Source: Candidatus Latescibacterota bacterium
Lineage (GTDB): Bacteria > Latescibacterota > UBA2968
Reading direction: 5' to 3'
Length of the DNA: 62,741 nucleotides
Assembly: GCA_038279365.1 (NCBI GenBank)
Contig: JAYODI010000026.1
Location: 1-62,741 of the forward strand
The notes below the pieces were generated by a model, which was given only the letters and a program-made list of their open reading frames with translations, made no database searches and was not told where the DNA came from. A program made the position numbers and the translations under genes. Position 1 is the stretch's first letter, and the number at the start of each line of letters is the position of its first letter. Shown here piece after piece: positions 1 through 9,188 of the stretch.

Positions 1-293
1 CTTTAACTCTCCCTTGAAATTTTGTCCATTCGTTTTGGGGGGCAATATACAAACATATGCCAAACATATAAGACTTAGTGCTTTGGGCGTTCTGGGGATT
101 TTGTGGCCAATTATTTGTGGATGCTTTCTGATTTTTAGGCCAGAATAGGCGAGTTATTTGAATAGATTTAATTCATGCTCACATTTTGTGAGGTTTTTTA
201 TATCTGTGTCCTTTTTTATTTGAGAAGGTTAAGACCATCTTTTATCGCCTAAACTTTTACTCTTTTGAGGGGGCTTTTAAAAGAGAAAGGCGG

Positions 294-322
294 TTGACAA
301 ACCCTATAAGCCATTGTATATT
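294..322 (+). promoter_or_regulatory. sigma70-type promoter for a putative small RNA
   Basis: TTGACA (294-299), 17 bp spacer, TATATT (317-322). Confidence 0.65.
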
Positions 323-328
323 TTGGCT

Positions 329-432
329 GGGGCTATGGGATGGCCCAATTGGGATCCTCGAGCATACTAGGGGTGGGATGCCGAGGATCCCGTTTTATAT
401 ACCCAGCACAGTTTCTGTGCTGGGTATTTTTT
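329..432 (+). ncRNA. putative ~100-nt three-hairpin small RNA, family unknown
   Basis: Lies between the promoter and an intrinsic terminator. Stems gggcta/tggccc, gggatcctcg-gcat/atgc-cgaggatccc (351-391) and atacccagcacag/ctgtgctgggtat followed by a T-run. Confidence 0.5.
399..432 (+). terminator. intrinsic terminator
   Basis: 13-bp perfect stem atacccagcacag/ctgtgctgggtat followed by a T tract. Confidence 0.8.
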
Positions 433-550
433 GTGTTTTAGAGTGGGGTTTGCCAGTATGGCTTAAATGTTGGGTTAGGAAATGATAAATATTTGTTTTT
501 ATTTTTTTCATTCCAACTTAATAGAATTCCATTAAACTTAAAAATAATTA

Positions 551-579
551 TTGACACCTGCACCTTTGTTTAGTATTTT
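551..579 (+). promoter_or_regulatory. sigma70-type promoter of the two-gene operon
   Basis: TTGACA (551-556), 17 bp spacer, TATTTT (574-579). Confidence 0.55.
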
Positions 580-627
580 TTGCATGTTGGTTGAATTCTG
601 TGATATCATCTTTAGAGGAGGTGAAAC

Positions 628-912
628 ATGGCAGAAGTAGCAGGTGTTGTTGAAACAGGTATGCTCGCCGATTTAAGCCGTGATTTGCTTAAAGTTGCTG
701 AACGTATCCAAGCAGAGTTAGATGGTGTGGCATTTTATACCATTAAGCCTGAAGCCTTGGCTCAAGTAGAAGCAGCTGAAAAGGCGGTGGATGTGTTGGC
801 TCAAGATCTCAGTCGTGGAGAGGGTGAACTAACCGAATGGCACCAAGTTCTAACAGATTATGAAGCGGCTTGGCATCGGGTGATCGCGTCTTTAGGTGCA
901 AGACAAAACTAA
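628..912 (+). CDS. hypothetical small acidic helical protein (94 aa)
   Basis: Strong RBS AGAGGAGGT before the ATG; promoter upstream. Confidence 0.75.
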   Translation: MAEVAGVVETGMLADLSRDLLKVAERIQAELDGVAFYTIKPEALAQVEAAEKAVDVLAQDLSRGEGELTEWHQVLTDYEAAWHRVIASLGARQN

Positions 913-995
913 AAAACATTATTATTACGTTCGTTTTCAGCGGTGAAGGCTACCGTGGGGCCGCTGATTCAATACAAAAGCAAGGAGAGACACAC

Positions 996-1670
996 ATGGC
1001 CAAAATCATAGATGATGTGAAACGAAAAATTGCCGAATCTGAAGGTTTTCCAATCGAAAAGATTGATGAGTTTGTGGCATTTATCAATGAAGAACCTTAT
1101 ATCACCTCCTCAGGGCTACAGTATAAGATGCTACAGACATATAAGGCTGGAAAATTTGCGGTGCAGGCCGTGATGCCTTCCCAAGAAGAATATGCCCTTT
1201 TACGACGCATGATGGGTTTAAAGGATGACGACCCTTTGGTCGTGATGCGCGGTGAAGTATGGATTGAAGGTTTTGAGCGACCCTTTATAGATTATGGCAC
1301 CACCACACCGAAAAATTTGCGTGGGTTTGTTCGGTTTACCGATTACCCCTTAGAGATGGCGACACGCCGAGCCACCAACCGGGCCATGCGATTGGCCACG
1401 GCAACGGGATTATGCTCTATTGACGAAGTAAAAGAACCCCAATCTGATCAAGTGGGTGATACCGAAGCCACGCAGGGTCAGATAGATTTGCTGCGCAATT
1501 TGGGGCGTAATACACTTTTGACGGAAGATGAACGGGTTCGAATTGAAGCACAAATCACAGAAGGTCTTGGCAAACGTCAGGCGTCAGAATTGATAGATCG
1601 CATCAAGAATAGATTGGATGCAAGGAGAAATAGTCATACACGCGCAACGCCCCCTTCTGTTGCTGCATAA
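996..1670 (+). CDS. putative single-strand annealing protein (RecT/Rad52/Sak-like) with a small C-terminal helical domain
   Basis: RBS AAGGAG before ATG 996. Motifs PYITSSGL and EMATRRATNRAMRLATATGLCSIDE resemble the MA.TRA..RALR core of annealases; C-terminal ATQGQI...ASELID. Confidence 0.55.
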   Translation: MAKIIDDVKRKIAESEGFPIEKIDEFVAFINEEPYITSSGLQYKMLQTYKAGKFAVQAVMPSQEEYALLRRMMGLKDDDPLVVMRGEVWIEGFERPFIDYGTTTPKNLRGFVRFTDYPLEMATRRATNRAMRLATATGLCSIDEVKEPQSDQVGDTEATQGQIDLLRNLGRNTLLTEDERVRIEAQITEGLGKRQASELIDRIKNRLDARRNSHTRATPPSVAA

Positions 1671-1685
1671 TTTATGTTTCAATAA

Positions 1686-1760
1686 GCCGATAGATCGCGC
1701 GGCGATCTGTTCTTCGTCAAGGGGAGAGGGGGAGGAATAGCATCGCGCGATCTATCTGGC
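1686..1760 (+). other. long GC-rich hairpin with a G-rich loop in the 3' region of the operon
   Basis: gatagatcgcgcg (1689-1701) is the exact reverse complement of cgcgcgatctatc (1744-1756); inner ctgttcttc/gaggaatag pairing. Confidence 0.7.
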
Positions 1761-1766
1761 AACATC

Positions 1767-1799
1767 AAAAGCGAAGGTTTTTTTTTACCTTCGCTTTTT
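1767..1799 (+). terminator. intrinsic terminator
   Basis: aaaagcgaaggt/accttcgctttt inverted repeat with T tract. Confidence 0.75.
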
Positions 1800-1908
1800 G
1801 TTGTTTGGGGCCATTATTTGGGTTGACGATGGTTGCTGAGTAAAAGTATATTGCAATCACGGAAATTAGTAAAAATTATATTTTTTATGTTTAACATATT
1901 AAAAATTT

Positions 1909-2817
1909 ATGGAAAATATTATGGATTTGGATCAAATGCGGGGTTTTTTAGAAACGGCTCGGGAAAAGAGCTTTACGAAAGCGGCTGCAAAACTCTTTTT
2001 AACCCAACCTGCGGTGAGTTTGCAAGTTAAGGCATTGGAAACTGAGTTGGGAACACAACTTTTTGAACGGCGCGGTAAGCAGGTGTTGCTTACGGATGCA
2101 GGGCGTTTGTTGTATGAGCGGTCTGAGGTTATTTTGGAATTGGTTACACGCGTGCACCAAGACATGGCATCTTTGGGAGTGCTCAAAACCGGGCGATTGC
2201 GTGTGGGGACGAGTGATACCAATTGTGCTTATGTGTTGCCGCCAGTGGTGAAAGCTTTTCGTGAGGCTTATCCGGGTGTGGAATTGCGTTTGACGGACCG
2301 TATGTCGGCAGATGTGGTGCGTTTGGTGATGGACGGGAATGTCGACTTTGGTTTGGCCACATTGCCCGTTGGGGATATGCGGGTCAAGACCGAATTTTTA
2401 TTTTTTAGAGAGGATGTTATGATTTGTCCTACGGGGCATCCGTTGGCAAGGCAGGAGCATGTTTCATTACAAGAGGTGACGGCCTATCCTATGTTGATGT
2501 TGGCGCAAGGGAGCACCAGTCGGGCAATGCTTGACCGTGTTTTGCTGCAATTGAATTTGACGGCCCACATGGTTATGGAATTGGGCAGTATTGAGGTGAT
2601 AAAACGTTTTGTGGAGATTGGTTTGGGGGTGGCATTGGTGCCTGAAGTGGCAGTGCGTGAAGAAGTGCTTGGCAAACGGATCGTCGCTGTTCGTGTTGTT
2701 GATCTTCCGGCACGGGAAGTGGGGTTGGTGCAAAGACAAAACGGGCACTTATCGCGGGCAGCAGAAGTTTTTTGGGCTTTTTTAAAAACACATGTAGCCG
2801 CACATTTTGGTTTGTGA
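1909..2817 (+). CDS. LysR family transcriptional regulator (CysL/CmpR-like)
   Basis: SFTKAAAKLFLTQPAVSLQVKALE HTH plus substrate-binding domain; start could be 1921. Confidence 0.92.
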   Translation: MENIMDLDQMRGFLETAREKSFTKAAAKLFLTQPAVSLQVKALETELGTQLFERRGKQVLLTDAGRLLYERSEVILELVTRVHQDMASLGVLKTGRLRVGTSDTNCAYVLPPVVKAFREAYPGVELRLTDRMSADVVRLVMDGNVDFGLATLPVGDMRVKTEFLFFREDVMICPTGHPLARQEHVSLQEVTAYPMLMLAQGSTSRAMLDRVLLQLNLTAHMVMELGSIEVIKRFVEIGLGVALVPEVAVREEVLGKRIVAVRVVDLPAREVGLVQRQNGHLSRAAEVFWAFLKTHVAAHFGL

Positions 2818-2824
2818 GGTAGGC

Positions 2825-3805
2825 ATGGCTTATAAGAACATATTGCCACTGAATGAATATGAACTCATTGAGTGGGTTGCGGAAAGTTATGGATTGGTTG
2901 TAGATGGTGTCGATTTGCGCGTGGGGTATATGAGTACCGTTGCCATTTTGTCTACATCTACGCAACGTTTTGTTTTAAAATGTGTTGTGCAAAAGGAAGA
3001 TACGCAACTCGCCTTATCCCGACAAATAACCCTTGCTACTGGTTTGCGCAACCATTTTATGCCTGTGGCAGATTGTGTGATGGGGAAAGGTCGCCAATAT
3101 TTTTTTGAAATTGATAAAAAAATCTTGTCTTTGTGGACATTTTTAGTTGGGAGCGGTTTTGAAATAGGAAATCAGAAGCAATTGCAGGTCGCTGGTGCGA
3201 CTTTGGGGAAGATGCATCGGGTATTTGCCCACGAGCAAGGCGATAAAAGCGGCACCACTTGGGGGTGGTCAGATCGGGTAGCGCAAATGACTCATTCTTG
3301 GCAAGCCATGGCCACAGACAATGGGCAAGGCAAGGCTTTGGTCGCCAATTTGAGCAAATATTTAGACAAATGGGTTTCACCTTCAGAAAAAGAACCACAA
3401 ATCATGATTCATAATGATTTTCGGGCACAGAATCTGTTGTTTCACGGAAATGAGATTTCTGGTATTTTAGATTTAGATGCGGTGTGTATTTCGCCTCGTG
3501 TTTGGGATGTGGTTTATGCATTGGCGTTTTTTCAGGCAGTTATTGCAGATCGGCCTTTACAAGTAAATGAAATGGCGGCATTGCTCAAAGGATATCATGA
3601 CCACAATCCGTTAGATACAAACGATCTGGCTGATTTGCCACAGTGGTTGGGGTTGGCATTGCTGAAAGGTTTAACACTTTGGGGGCAAATTTGTTATGTC
3701 GACAAAGTTCAACCCAATGTGCAAAAGTGGCTTGATGGTTATTTGCCATTGCTTGAGCAAGTGGAAGTTATTGGTGGGGTGTTACAAGATGGGTTGATTG
3801 GCTGA
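2825..3805 (+). CDS. APH / type II homoserine kinase-like phosphotransferase
   Basis: IHNDFRAQN catalytic loop and ILDLD metal-binding motif; RBS GAGGT before ATG 2825. Confidence 0.8.
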   Translation: MAYKNILPLNEYELIEWVAESYGLVVDGVDLRVGYMSTVAILSTSTQRFVLKCVVQKEDTQLALSRQITLATGLRNHFMPVADCVMGKGRQYFFEIDKKILSLWTFLVGSGFEIGNQKQLQVAGATLGKMHRVFAHEQGDKSGTTWGWSDRVAQMTHSWQAMATDNGQGKALVANLSKYLDKWVSPSEKEPQIMIHNDFRAQNLLFHGNEISGILDLDAVCISPRVWDVVYALAFFQAVIADRPLQVNEMAALLKGYHDHNPLDTNDLADLPQWLGLALLKGLTLWGQICYVDKVQPNVQKWLDGYLPLLEQVEVIGGVLQDGLIG

Positions 3806-3882
3806 AGCTTGTATTTTTGATGGGTTTTGATTATCATACTTCCTCGTTAATGTGAGCAAATGTTTTGGTATGGGAGTCATTT

Positions 3883-6237
3883 ATGAAGGCCTTTTTGTTG
3901 AGCATTTGGATGTGTTTGTTGATGGGATGGTGTTTTCAAAGTGTGGAGGCAAAAAAAGCTTCTGCTGAAGACATTGCCCGTGCAGAAATACACCACAAAG
4001 AGGGGCAAGATCATTTCGATGCGAAAAGGTATGATCAAGCCATCGCCGCGTTTTTGGAGGCCATTGCCCTTCATGAAGATTCTGCACCTTTTTATGTGGG
4101 TTTGGGGCATGCCTATTATGAAAGTGGTGACATTGAGACGGCTGAAAAAGCTTTTAAAGATGCATTGCGCAAAGATAAAAAATATGCACCTGCGTTTAAT
4201 GGATTGGGTTTGGTTTATACGCAAAAGAAGAATGCACTGCGTCGAGCCATCCAATATTTTAGAGATGCCAATCGCGCAGACAAAACCTATTCGGAAGCAC
4301 AATACAATTTGGCAAAGACACTCGAAGCATTTGGCAGTTCTGAGACATTAAAAGAGTATCAAAATGTTTTAAAAATTGACTCCAAACATCCAGATGCGCA
4401 TTATCGCATAGGTATTTTATTGCTGCGCAATCGTTCATACGAAGAAGCGGTTCAGGCTTTTCGCGACCAACTGTCTGTCAAAGAAGATCATTGGGGGGCG
4501 CGGTTGCAATTGGGGGCATTGTTAAAAGGGCTTGGACAAACCGATGAGGCTGTGACGCATCTTGCCCGTGTGGCCGCCAGTGAGGGGGAGTTTCAACGCA
4601 AGGGTGTGTTGGAGTTGGCACAAGTTTTTCAGACGCGCCGAGAATTTGATCAATCCAGCCAGTTGTTTGATGCTTATATCAACAAACTGCCCGAGCAGGA
4701 ACAGGCCATTTATTACGATTTAAAATATGTGGCCCAAGGGCCTGTTTTGGAAGCGTTTGAGAAAGCAGATACCTTTGCCAAAAAGAAGGAGATATTTGAT
4801 GACTTTTGGCAACGCTTAGATCCTGCCCCTGTGAGTGTGGCCAATGAACGTCAGTTGGAATATTATCGGCGGGTGGCTTTTGCACGTGAGTATTTTGGTG
4901 AATACCTACAGCCTTGGGATGATCGTGGCGAAGCCTATATTCGCTATGGCGACCCTGCGCATATCAGTCGCTCCAGCAATATTAATATTGAACGACACCC
5001 GCAAGTTGTGGCCGTTAAAAATCGTCTGATTGCATTGGCGGGCGGCGCTGCCGAATCGTTGGCGCAACAACGCCTCGATGTGGTTGCTTCTGGTATGTCC
5101 GATCCGGGTGAATTGTTGAGTGATCGAGATCCTTCACGTGAAGACAGAACGGCCAATGTCGATTTTATGGGATGGCCCGTTTATCCAATTCCTATGGATG
5201 TGCGCTGGGAGTATTGGATTTATACCAATGTGCCAGGAGGAATGGAAGTGACGTTTGTCCAACCCAATTATCCTGGCCCCCATGAATATGCTGAAGTGCC
5301 TTTGGGAACGGGAAATAGTGCTCGAATATGGCAAGATTTAAACCCGCAAATGGTGATGGCAAACATATCGGCTCGCCGGCCTACTACATATCAACCCGAC
5401 TTTGCCACAGGACCATTGGATTTTCACTTTTATACATCGGCGTTTCGTGGCAACGAGGGGCAATCTGCTTTGGAAGTTTATTATGGTATTCCAGTGTCAG
5501 ATTTAAGTTTTGTGACCTCAGAAACGGGTCAACAAGTGGCTTTGTTAGACAGAGGGGTTGCTGTTTATGATGATGAGGGGCGATTGGTTTATCGCAACAG
5601 CGAAGAGATGGTCTTAGGGGCTCCCAAAGATATGGATCAAAGTGCTGGATCTTTGGTGCCTGCCTTGGATCGCATTCTTTTGCCTCCCGGCAATTATCGG
5701 GTCAATTTGCAAGTTTTGGACCGTACGTCGGGTAAGTCACAGGTTTATAATCAAAATCGCGGTGTGCCTGATTTCGATATAAATAATCAACTGAAGGTGA
5801 GTGATATTGAGTTGGCGGCATCTATTGAGATTACGGAGAAAGAGCGGTTTCGAAAAGGGGATGTCGAAGTGATTCCGATGGCGTCTCAAGCATATTTGCC
5901 TGCACAACCTGTGTTTATTTATTTTGAGCTCTACAATTTAAAAGAAGATGCTTTTGGTCAAACAAAGTACAAAGTTTCTTATGAAGTCCGTTCAAAAGAC
6001 CAAAAAGGTGTGGGGGCGCGTATTTTGGGTGGGGTGGGTAAGTTACTGGGGCAGCAAGAGGGTGAAGGTGTGATTACTATTGATTATGAGCAGGTGGGGC
6101 GTGAACGGCAAGAACAGGCTTATTTGGAATTGGACTTGTCAAATACAGAACCTGGCGTGCAGTTGCTCAAGGTGTTGGTAACAGACCAAAACTCTGGACA
6201 GACCGTGGGTGTGTCTACAACCTTTACGGTTCGATAA
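3883..6237 (+). CDS. secreted TPR + GWxTD-like domain protein
   Basis: Signal peptide, tandem TPRs, then FWQRLDP..NERQLEYYRRVAFA..PWDDRGEAYIRYGDP and WEYWIY. Confidence 0.8.
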   Translation: MKAFLLSIWMCLLMGWCFQSVEAKKASAEDIARAEIHHKEGQDHFDAKRYDQAIAAFLEAIALHEDSAPFYVGLGHAYYESGDIETAEKAFKDALRKDKKYAPAFNGLGLVYTQKKNALRRAIQYFRDANRADKTYSEAQYNLAKTLEAFGSSETLKEYQNVLKIDSKHPDAHYRIGILLLRNRSYEEAVQAFRDQLSVKEDHWGARLQLGALLKGLGQTDEAVTHLARVAASEGEFQRKGVLELAQVFQTRREFDQSSQLFDAYINKLPEQEQAIYYDLKYVAQGPVLEAFEKADTFAKKKEIFDDFWQRLDPAPVSVANERQLEYYRRVAFAREYFGEYLQPWDDRGEAYIRYGDPAHISRSSNINIERHPQVVAVKNRLIALAGGAAESLAQQRLDVVASGMSDPGELLSDRDPSREDRTANVDFMGWPVYPIPMDVRWEYWIYTNVPGGMEVTFVQPNYPGPHEYAEVPLGTGNSARIWQDLNPQMVMANISARRPTTYQPDFATGPLDFHFYTSAFRGNEGQSALEVYYGIPVSDLSFVTSETGQQVALLDRGVAVYDDEGRLVYRNSEEMVLGAPKDMDQSAGSLVPALDRILLPPGNYRVNLQVLDRTSGKSQVYNQNRGVPDFDINNQLKVSDIELAASIEITEKERFRKGDVEVIPMASQAYLPAQPVFIYFELYNLKEDAFGQTKYKVSYEVRSKDQKGVGARILGGVGKLLGQQEGEGVITIDYEQVGRERQEQAYLELDLSNTEPGVQLLKVLVTDQNSGQTVGVSTTFTVR

Positions 6238-6238
6238 G

Positions 6239-6946
6239 ATGCCACATTTTTTTTCTTGGATTGTGCCAGGACAATTGGCGGGAATGGGGCGGCCTGGATG
6301 TGGCTTGGAGTTGGCGGGGCAAATGATGCCCTATGAGCAACGGTTTTTGTCTTGGCTGATGCATTCTCAATCTTTGCAATCGGATCGGCAAAAGTTGGCT
6401 CGTAGAATCAGTTTGCCCGCTGGTAAACCCGAGTTGGTTGAACGGCGCATGGTGGAATTGTATCACAAGTTTCGCGATGTTTGGCAAGTGCTTGATACGT
6501 ATACAGAAGGATTTGGAAGTGATGGCCAACCTGTAGATCGGTTTAAATTATGTACTGTGTTGCTCGAACAAGACCTTGCTTTTTTGGTGCAACAAGGCAT
6601 TCATACCATTGTCTCTTTGACTGAAACGCCCTTAAATGAAGATGTTGTAGGTGCATTTGATTTTGAAACTTTGCATATGCCAGTGCCAGACCGAGAGGCA
6701 CCCGAACCAGAGCAAATTGATCAATTGATGGCTTATTTGGATAATCAGTTGGGTGCTGGGCGCAATGTTGTGGTGCATTGTTTGGGGGGGTATGGACGCA
6801 CGGGTACCATGTTGGTGTGTTATTTGATTCATTGTGGTGCGACTGCCGATGAAGCTTTGAAAGAAATGCGCCGGTTGCGACCGCTGTCTGTAGAAACAGA
6901 AGTACAGGAGCAAGCGGTATATGCTTATGAGGAGCGGATTCGATGA
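6239..6946 (+). CDS. dual-specificity protein phosphatase (CX5R) with an internal insertion
   Basis: VHCLGGYGRTG P-loop, FSWIVPGQLAG N-terminus, RRLRPLSVET. Confidence 0.85.
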   Translation: MPHFFSWIVPGQLAGMGRPGCGLELAGQMMPYEQRFLSWLMHSQSLQSDRQKLARRISLPAGKPELVERRMVELYHKFRDVWQVLDTYTEGFGSDGQPVDRFKLCTVLLEQDLAFLVQQGIHTIVSLTETPLNEDVVGAFDFETLHMPVPDREAPEPEQIDQLMAYLDNQLGAGRNVVVHCLGGYGRTGTMLVCYLIHCGATADEALKEMRRLRPLSVETEVQEQAVYAYEERIR

Positions 6947-8289
6947 GTGATTTTTCAGTGGCCACCATGCGAAGGCATGCACGCGAATTGTTTGACGTGG
7001 CCATCCAGGCTGTGGATGCTGAGCAATGTGTGCGTCGGTTTGTGCGCTTGGAAGGCGATGTTTTGCATATTGGCAACCAAGACTACAAATTGTCTTGTTA
7101 TACGCGTATTTTGGTGGTGGGAATGGGCAAAGCATCACCCCAGATGGGCGTTGCCTTAGAAGATATTTTGGGGGATCGCATTGCTGGTGGGGTGATCAAT
7201 ACCAAATATGAACATGGTGAAGCGCTTAAACACATTGAGGTGATTGAATGTGGGCACCCTGTGCCCGATGAGGCCGGCGTGGAGGGGGCCAATCGCATCT
7301 TGGCATTGTTGGATGAGGCAGATGAAAAGACTTTGGTCATTTGTGTGATTTCGGGTGGTGGGTCGGCTTTGACACCGGCTCCTGTTCAGGGCGTCTCATT
7401 GGCAGATAAACAAGAGACAACACGTTTGTTGCTTGCGTGTGGGGCCAACATTGTAGAACTCAATGCCATTCGCAAACATTTGTCTCGCCTGAAAGGGGGC
7501 GGGATGGCGCGTGTGGCTTTTCCTGCTACGGTTGTGGCATTGATGTTGTCCGATGTGATTGGTGATCCGATGGATGTGATTGCATCTGGACCGACGGTGC
7601 CCGATACCTCGACATTTCAAACGTGTATGGATATTTTGGACAAGTATGATTTGCTTGGAAAAATTCCCAAAGCTGTAAGGGCGCGGTTTGAAGCTGGTTT
7701 GGCAGGGGATATTGATGATACGCCTAAGCCAGGTGATGTGGCTTTATCACGGGTGCAAAATTTGGTGGTGGGCAGCAACGGTTTGGCGGTATCCGCTGCG
7801 GCCGAAAAGGCCAAAGAATTGGGTTACAATACTTTGGTACTTTCTACGCGCGTTGAAGGTGAAGCCCGTGAAGTGGCCTATGTGTATGCGGGCATTGCCA
7901 AAGAAATTGTTGCTTCGGGCCAACCGATTGTTGCACCTGCCTGTGTGATTTCAGGGGGTGAGACAACGGTGTTGGTGCGCGGTCAGGGCAAGGGGGGGCG
8001 CAATCAAGAACTGGCGCTTTCTGCGGCGATTCAGTTGGCAGGGTGTGAGCAGGTGGTGATGCTCAGTGGGGGAACCGATGGAACGGATGGGCCCACCGAT
8101 GCGGCTGGGGCAATAGTGGATGGGCTAACAATTGAAAGGGCCAATCAAAAAGATATTTCGGCGTTGGCGCATTTAAAAAACAACGATGCCTACCATTTTT
8201 TTAAGCCATTGGATGACTTGATTATGACAGGGGCAACGGGAACCAATGTGGCAGATGTTGCGTTTGTGATGGTGGGGCAGAAGACGTGA
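6943..8289 (+). CDS. glycerate 2-kinase, MOFRL family
   Basis: GMGKAS, GHPVPD, ISGGGSAL, GGETTV, GGRNQE, GTDGTDG, TGTNV. Confidence 0.92.
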   Translation: MSDFSVATMRRHARELFDVAIQAVDAEQCVRRFVRLEGDVLHIGNQDYKLSCYTRILVVGMGKASPQMGVALEDILGDRIAGGVINTKYEHGEALKHIEVIECGHPVPDEAGVEGANRILALLDEADEKTLVICVISGGGSALTPAPVQGVSLADKQETTRLLLACGANIVELNAIRKHLSRLKGGGMARVAFPATVVALMLSDVIGDPMDVIASGPTVPDTSTFQTCMDILDKYDLLGKIPKAVRARFEAGLAGDIDDTPKPGDVALSRVQNLVVGSNGLAVSAAAEKAKELGYNTLVLSTRVEGEAREVAYVYAGIAKEIVASGQPIVAPACVISGGETTVLVRGQGKGGRNQELALSAAIQLAGCEQVVMLSGGTDGTDGPTDAAGAIVDGLTIERANQKDISALAHLKNNDAYHFFKPLDDLIMTGATGTNVADVAFVMVGQKT

Positions 8290-8309
8290 TGGTTTGGCGA
8301 GATGTGAAA

Positions 8310-9188
8310 CTATGCTTCGCGATTAACGATGGTGATACCCACCCCAACCAAGGCCAAGCTCAATAGAATGCCTGGCGAGATGGGATCGCCAAGCAATTGA
8401 TTGCTGATGATGACACCAATAATGGGTGTGGTAAATCCAAATACGGCCAGTTTGCTTGCCGAGTAGCGCTGCAAGAGGCTGGTGAGCAAAATAAAGCAGA
8501 AACCTGCCACAACAAGCCCCTGATATAATACGCCACTGACGACAGATAGGTTGATGTGAATCGGTTGTGTTTCAAAAAGTGCACTGAGGGCAAAAAAAAT
8601 GGGTAAACTGGGGGCGGCCTGCCAAATGAGTACTTTGCCTGGGTGCATATTTTGTGTGAGGCGTTTGAGGTAGATTTGCCGGGCACCCAATAGCATTGCA
8701 CTGCAAAGCACCATCAGATCTCCTAAAACATATTGAAAATCACTTAGGACTATGCTTTCGGCAAAAACAGAAATCACGCCTGCAAATGCGAGTATCATGC
8801 CAATTACTTTGGAGGTGCTGATGCGGTCACCCGCGATAAAAAAGTGGGCAAAAAACGCGGTAAAAAAGGGATATGCCGAAATAAAAATGGTAGATCGGCT
8901 GGCGAGTGTGTGAGCCGTGCCTGCATTGAGCAAATAGATTTGGGTGAGAAAGATGCATACAAGACCTGCAATGCCTTTGCGTTCGTGGGCTTGTAATTGA
9001 AGCGACAACCCCAATGCTTTTGCCCAAATAAGAACAACCAACCCGCCCAATAAAAAGCGAATGCCTGCCAAACACAATGGCGGAATACCTGCCAATGCAA
9101 ACTTGATGGACACGGAGTTGCCGCCCCACAAGATGGCAGTGAGCAGGTTTAAAAATCCGGCTTTTAAGGTGAGGTTGTCATTGCGCAT
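8310..9188 (-). CDS. DMT/EamA family transporter
   Basis: About 10 TM helices in two repeats; LWGGN..IKFAL..IPP...RF. Confidence 0.88.
   Translation of the reverse strand: MRNDNLTLKAGFLNLLTAILWGGNSVSIKFALAGIPPLCLAGIRFLLGGLVVLIWAKALGLSLQLQAHERKGIAGLVCIFLTQIYLLNAGTAHTLASRSTIFISAYPFFTAFFAHFFIAGDRISTSKVIGMILAFAGVISVFAESIVLSDFQYVLGDLMVLCSAMLLGARQIYLKRLTQNMHPGKVLIWQAAPSLPIFFALSALFETQPIHINLSVVSGVLYQGLVVAGFCFILLTSLLQRYSASKLAVFGFTTPIIGVIISNQLLGDPISPGILLSLALVGVGITIVNREA

Noticed and set aside
294-485. 63-aa ORF from the track
   Set aside because: It starts on the TTG of the -35 box and runs through hairpins and a terminator; better explained as non-coding RNA
628-1670. Prophage suggested by the annealase-like gene
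   Set aside because: No integrase, terminase, capsid, tail or att-like repeats downstream, where the genes are ordinary chromosomal genes; sequence left of the window cannot be seen
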